A stretch of 64,000 nt of DNA from the IMG/VR virus record IMGVR_UViG_3300043438_002264, positions 32,001 to 96,000 of that record. One strand, written 5' to 3'. How positions within the stretch are numbered: the first letter of the stretch is position 1; each line of letters begins with the position of its first letter. A program made the position numbers and the translations under genes. Shown piece after piece: positions 61,357-64,000 of the stretch. The notes beneath the pieces are model-generated. The model ran no database searches. It was not told where the DNA came from and was given only the letters and a program-made list of their open reading frames with translations. The DNA comes from a virus.

Positions 61357-61502
61357 TTAAAGCTCATTCTGCTGCCATGAGAACGATTGTCTGGGCCGCA
61401 GGAGGTACAGGAAGAAAGCTTAGCCCCTGTAACGGGACAAGATTCAACAACTTTTTTATGATTAAACAAAAAACATTTTAAATTTTTAATAAAATTATGC
61501 AA
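61353..61502 (-). CDS. Small Cys/His zinc-finger-like protein (49 aa)
   Basis: Below track cutoff: TTG start overlapping upstream stop; MHNFIKNLKCFLFNHKKVVESCPVTGAKLSSCTSCGPDNRSHGSRMSFK; ATGA overlap with next gene. Confidence 0.65.
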   Translation of the reverse strand: MHNFIKNLKCFLFNHKKVVESCPVTGAKLSSCTSCGPDNRSHGSRMSFK

Positions 61503-62148
61503 GAGGTATCCAATGCTGTTCTTGTGTCATGCCAATTTCATTTTGAAGTCCCCTAAGAGGTAAGACATCGTAGGCAACGCTTATTCTTGGACCTTCCCAA
61601 TCCCAATCGCCCATTGCGTGTGGATGCCCCATTTCTGATAAAATTGCACGATTATTTTTATTATGATTTTCTATTTTTTTATCAAAAGTGACGTAATGGG
61701 TGACAGATGGCTCTGCCGAAACACAGTAATATCCATGAAAAAATGGAGCACCCTCTGCTCCGTGATCGTGCCAATCAAGTTTTCCTTTATGAGCTTCATT
61801 AATATTAAACCAGCCCTGAAGCATAAATTGCTGTTTCTCAAAGTCTATATCGTAGTAATCGCAGGCTTCGTGAACCATCGTAGATATTCCATCATAAAGT
61901 TTTCTAATTCCATCAATATGAAATTGAAAAACATTATACTCTCTCCACTTAATTGTAGAAAGGCTATTAGACTCTAGCCAAAGTTCTTGGTCATGAATTT
62001 TTGTGACTCCAGGAACTTCGATTTTTTTTATTTGCATATATCGGTCTACAAGCTCTCCTGAAAGTTGCTCTAAATCATTTTCTAAAAATATATCAAAAAA
62101 TTTATGTGGTTGTGTAGATTTGCTTACGCTTTTAATTTCATTATCCAT
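61495..62148 (-). CDS. 2OG-Fe(II) oxygenase-like protein (TIGR02466-like)
   Basis: GWFNIN...WHDH...FHGYY...HPHAM...PRISVAYD. Confidence 0.75.
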   Translation of the reverse strand: MDNEIKSVSKSTQPHKFFDIFLENDLEQLSGELVDRYMQIKKIEVPGVTKIHDQELWLESNSLSTIKWREYNVFQFHIDGIRKLYDGISTMVHEACDYYDIDFEKQQFMLQGWFNINEAHKGKLDWHDHGAEGAPFFHGYYCVSAEPSVTHYVTFDKKIENHNKNNRAILSEMGHPHAMGDWDWEGPRISVAYDVLPLRGLQNEIGMTQEQHWIPLA

Positions 62149-62206
62149 ATTTCATGCCCTTCTTTTACGATAATTTTGTATAATAATTATACACTATAAA
62201 GTTTTA

Positions 62207-63562
62207 TTAGCAAGCAATTATGTCGCCAGCTATAAAGGTATTGTCTCCGTCTGGCGTAATTAAATAAACAGTTTCCTCAATATTATCAAGAATTTGAACA
62301 TCTTCAATAAGTACCTCTTCGAATTCTTCTTCCAAAGGGTTGTACTGCATAACTATATCTCCAGCAGCAATTGTGCCAGTTATTTCCCAAGCAAAAGTTT
62401 CAGTACCCTGTTTTTTTGCAAGAATGGGCTGAAGTTTTGAAAAGTGCTTTTTTGCATCAGAATTAAAAATTATTGTGTCTGTTACAACTTTAGAGGAAAT
62501 GTCTTTTACATAAGCAAAATTGTGTTTAAGACTAGTTATCTGCTTATAAAAAACTTTTTCATGTTGATAGTCTAAATAGTCGTCGACATCAAACTCTTCC
62601 CAAATAGGACAGATTAGTTTATCTCCAATTTTAAGGTCTTCAGCTGCAACAAGAACAACCTCAAGGTAGTCATTTATTGTAGATATTTTAGTTTTTGATG
62701 CAATGCAGCTTGGAGCAAATCCAAAAGCCCTAAATGGGGCAAATCCAAAAGCATTAAAAGGATAGAAGTAAAATGGAGAAAAACTAAAAGCCATAAAAGG
62801 AGAAAAACCAAAAGCATTAAACGGTGAAAAGCCAAAAGCCATAAAAGGAGAGAAACCAAAAGCACTAAACGGTGAAAAGCCAAAGGCTCCAAAAGGAGAA
62901 AAGCCAAAAGCTCCGAATGGAGCAAAAGAAAATGTAGTTGTAATAGAATTGGATGCTGCAGAAGCTAGAGAGTTTCCATTTGCATTAATAGCATAAACGG
63001 TATAAGTTTGTGCTGTAGCTGCTTCTTGGTTTACAGTAACAGAAAGGTTAGCTGTTGGTCCACCTCCTGGAGTACCTCCAGCAAGGTTTGTCTTGCCATC
63101 AGAGGCTGTCCAAATATATCCTGTAATAGTTTTTCCGCCAGTATTTGGTGCAAGCCAGACAACTACGTCTTGGTTTGCATTTGGAGAAGACGCTGTTGGA
63201 GCTGCTGGAGTCGCTGGAACGGTAGTGATTAGTGTAGCTGTGGATGGATCACTGGGGGCACCTTCATCGCCTTCGCTATTAAATCCTGTTACAGTAAAAG
63301 TATATAAAATATTTGACTTAAGACCTGTAATAATTATTGGAGAAGAAGCTCCAGTGGCAGTTACGGTAGTTTCTCCAGCACTTGCCGCATAAATTTTATA
63401 GGAAACAGCTAGGTCTACAGAACTAAATTCAACAACTGCAGAACCATTGTCAAAAGGTCTATCTGTTCCTACATCATTTGCTGTTGGTGGACCTGGTGGT
63501 AGTGGAATTAGGAAATCATTTGCCGCTAGGGACTTTCTACCAGTTCTTTTACTTACCGCCAT
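62207..63562 (-). CDS. FN3-FN3-(xAFGFSPF)n-Hint domain protein
   Basis: Two FN3 signatures, Phe-rich octapeptide repeats, then CIASKTKI...AEDLKIGD...TVY.I...NTFIAGDII Hint signature. Confidence 0.8.
   Translation of the reverse strand: MAVSKRTGRKSLAANDFLIPLPPGPPTANDVGTDRPFDNGSAVVEFSSVDLAVSYKIYAASAGETTVTATGASSPIIITGLKSNILYTFTVTGFNSEGDEGAPSDPSTATLITTVPATPAAPTASSPNANQDVVVWLAPNTGGKTITGYIWTASDGKTNLAGGTPGGGPTANLSVTVNQEAATAQTYTVYAINANGNSLASAASNSITTTFSFAPFGAFGFSPFGAFGFSPFSAFGFSPFMAFGFSPFNAFGFSPFMAFSFSPFYFYPFNAFGFAPFRAFGFAPSCIASKTKISTINDYLEVVLVAAEDLKIGDKLICPIWEEFDVDDYLDYQHEKVFYKQITSLKHNFAYVKDISSKVVTDTIIFNSDAKKHFSKLQPILAKKQGTETFAWEITGTIAAGDIVMQYNPLEEEFEEVLIEDVQILDNIEETVYLITPDGDNTFIAGDIIAC
62708..62933 (-). 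repeat. Degenerate 24-bp tandem repeat encoding xAFGFSPF
   Basis: FSFAPF GAFGFSPF GAFGFSPF SAFGFSPF MAFGFSPF NAFGFSPF MAFSFSPF YFYPF NAFGFAPF RAFGFAPS; synonymous codons vary between copies. Confidence 0.9.
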
Positions 63563-63577
63563 CAGTTTTTCTCTCTA

Positions 63578-64000
63578 CTAAGCTTCTAGGTCTCCGAATA
63601 GCACCCAGCTATTTCTAGACCTCTTAAATATTGTACCAGATGACCACTTAGTTCGTAGCTTATTTCCTGGAGTAAAAGCTAATCCAACCTTAAAAGTTAG
63701 TGTACCAGAAACTTGATCAGAAAACGGAGTATCTACTGTTACTTCTGTTCCATTTGTACTAACTACTAAAGTTCCTGGAACAATTCCAGTACCAGAAATT
63801 CCCTGTCCAGCTTCAACGTTTAAGTTTTGTGCTGAAAGAGTAACGGTTATTCCACTAGATGATCCTCCAGAACCATAAGTGGAGGTTGTAATTGGACTTG
63901 AGGTGACAGTAACTTGTCCAGAATTAGCTTGTAGAACATCTAAAGATGAACCTATTGGAAAATCTACTTCCTGGTCTGTTGGAATAGTTAGAACAATTGG
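63578..64000 (-). CDS. C-terminal part of a fibre-like protein (start outside window)
   Basis: Not in track: ...LTIPTDQEVDFPIGSSLDVLQANSGQVTV...TPGNKLRTKWSSGTIFKRSRNSWVLFGDLEA*. Confidence 0.75.
   Translation of the reverse strand, partial: PIVLTIPTDQEVDFPIGSSLDVLQANSGQVTVTSSPITTSTYGSGGSSSGITVTLSAQNLNVEAGQGISGTGIVPGTLVVSTNGTEVTVDTPFSDQVSGTLTFKVGLAFTPGNKLRTKWSSGTIFKRSRNSWVLFGDLEA

Noticed and set aside
61357-61494. Relatively GC-rich gap as a structured ncRNA or riboswitch
   Set aside because: Better explained by a 49-aa ORF overlapping both neighbours.
62708-62933. 24-bp repeats as a CRISPR array or non-coding repeat
   Set aside because: There are no spacers; the repeats are in frame and conserved at peptide rather than DNA level.
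59413-63562. Diversity-generating retroelement (Mtd-N-like fibre plus similar sequence pairs)
   Set aside because: No reverse transcriptase is in the window; the similarity between the FN3 genes is coding paralogy with synonymous changes, not an adenine-specific TR/VR pair.

Overview
The window is a 64-kb segment of a large, AT-rich tailed dsDNA phage (siphovirus-like), almost all transcribed on the minus strand. The host is most likely an Actinobacterium, inferred from the actinobacterial-style class Ib nrdIEF/nrdH genes, a DnaE polymerase and many leaderless TGnTATAAT promoters. In transcription order (right to left) it holds: fibre/FN3 and oxygenase genes; head genes (portal, protease-scaffold, capsid); neck and tail genes with a 2710-aa tape measure; a replication/recombination block (helicase, primase, SSB, DnaE, NrdH, RecA, resolvases, Cas4-like nuclease); terminase; nrdIEF; and an accessory region with secreted proteins, an HslV-like peptidase, a prolyl-hydroxylase-like enzyme, a carbamoyltransferase, methyltransferases, a GT60-like GlcNAc transferase and four tRNAs. 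The best candidate for an undescribed system is a protein-modification module. It comprises an FN3 protein with about nine xAFGFSPF repeats fused directly to an atypical Hint domain, adjacent 2OG-Fe(II) oxygenases, a paralogue that swaps tails at the same TTTFSFAPF junction, and elsewhere a P4H/GT60-like pair resembling the Skp1 hydroxyproline-glycosylation pathway. Other notable items are effector-like cassettes inside the tape measure, a promoter nested in an RBS-occluding hairpin, a tRNA whose 3' strand doubles as a Shine-Dalgarno, an ATT start codon, and duplicated rather than frameshifted tail chaperones. All calls come from motif recognition by eye; no database searches were run.
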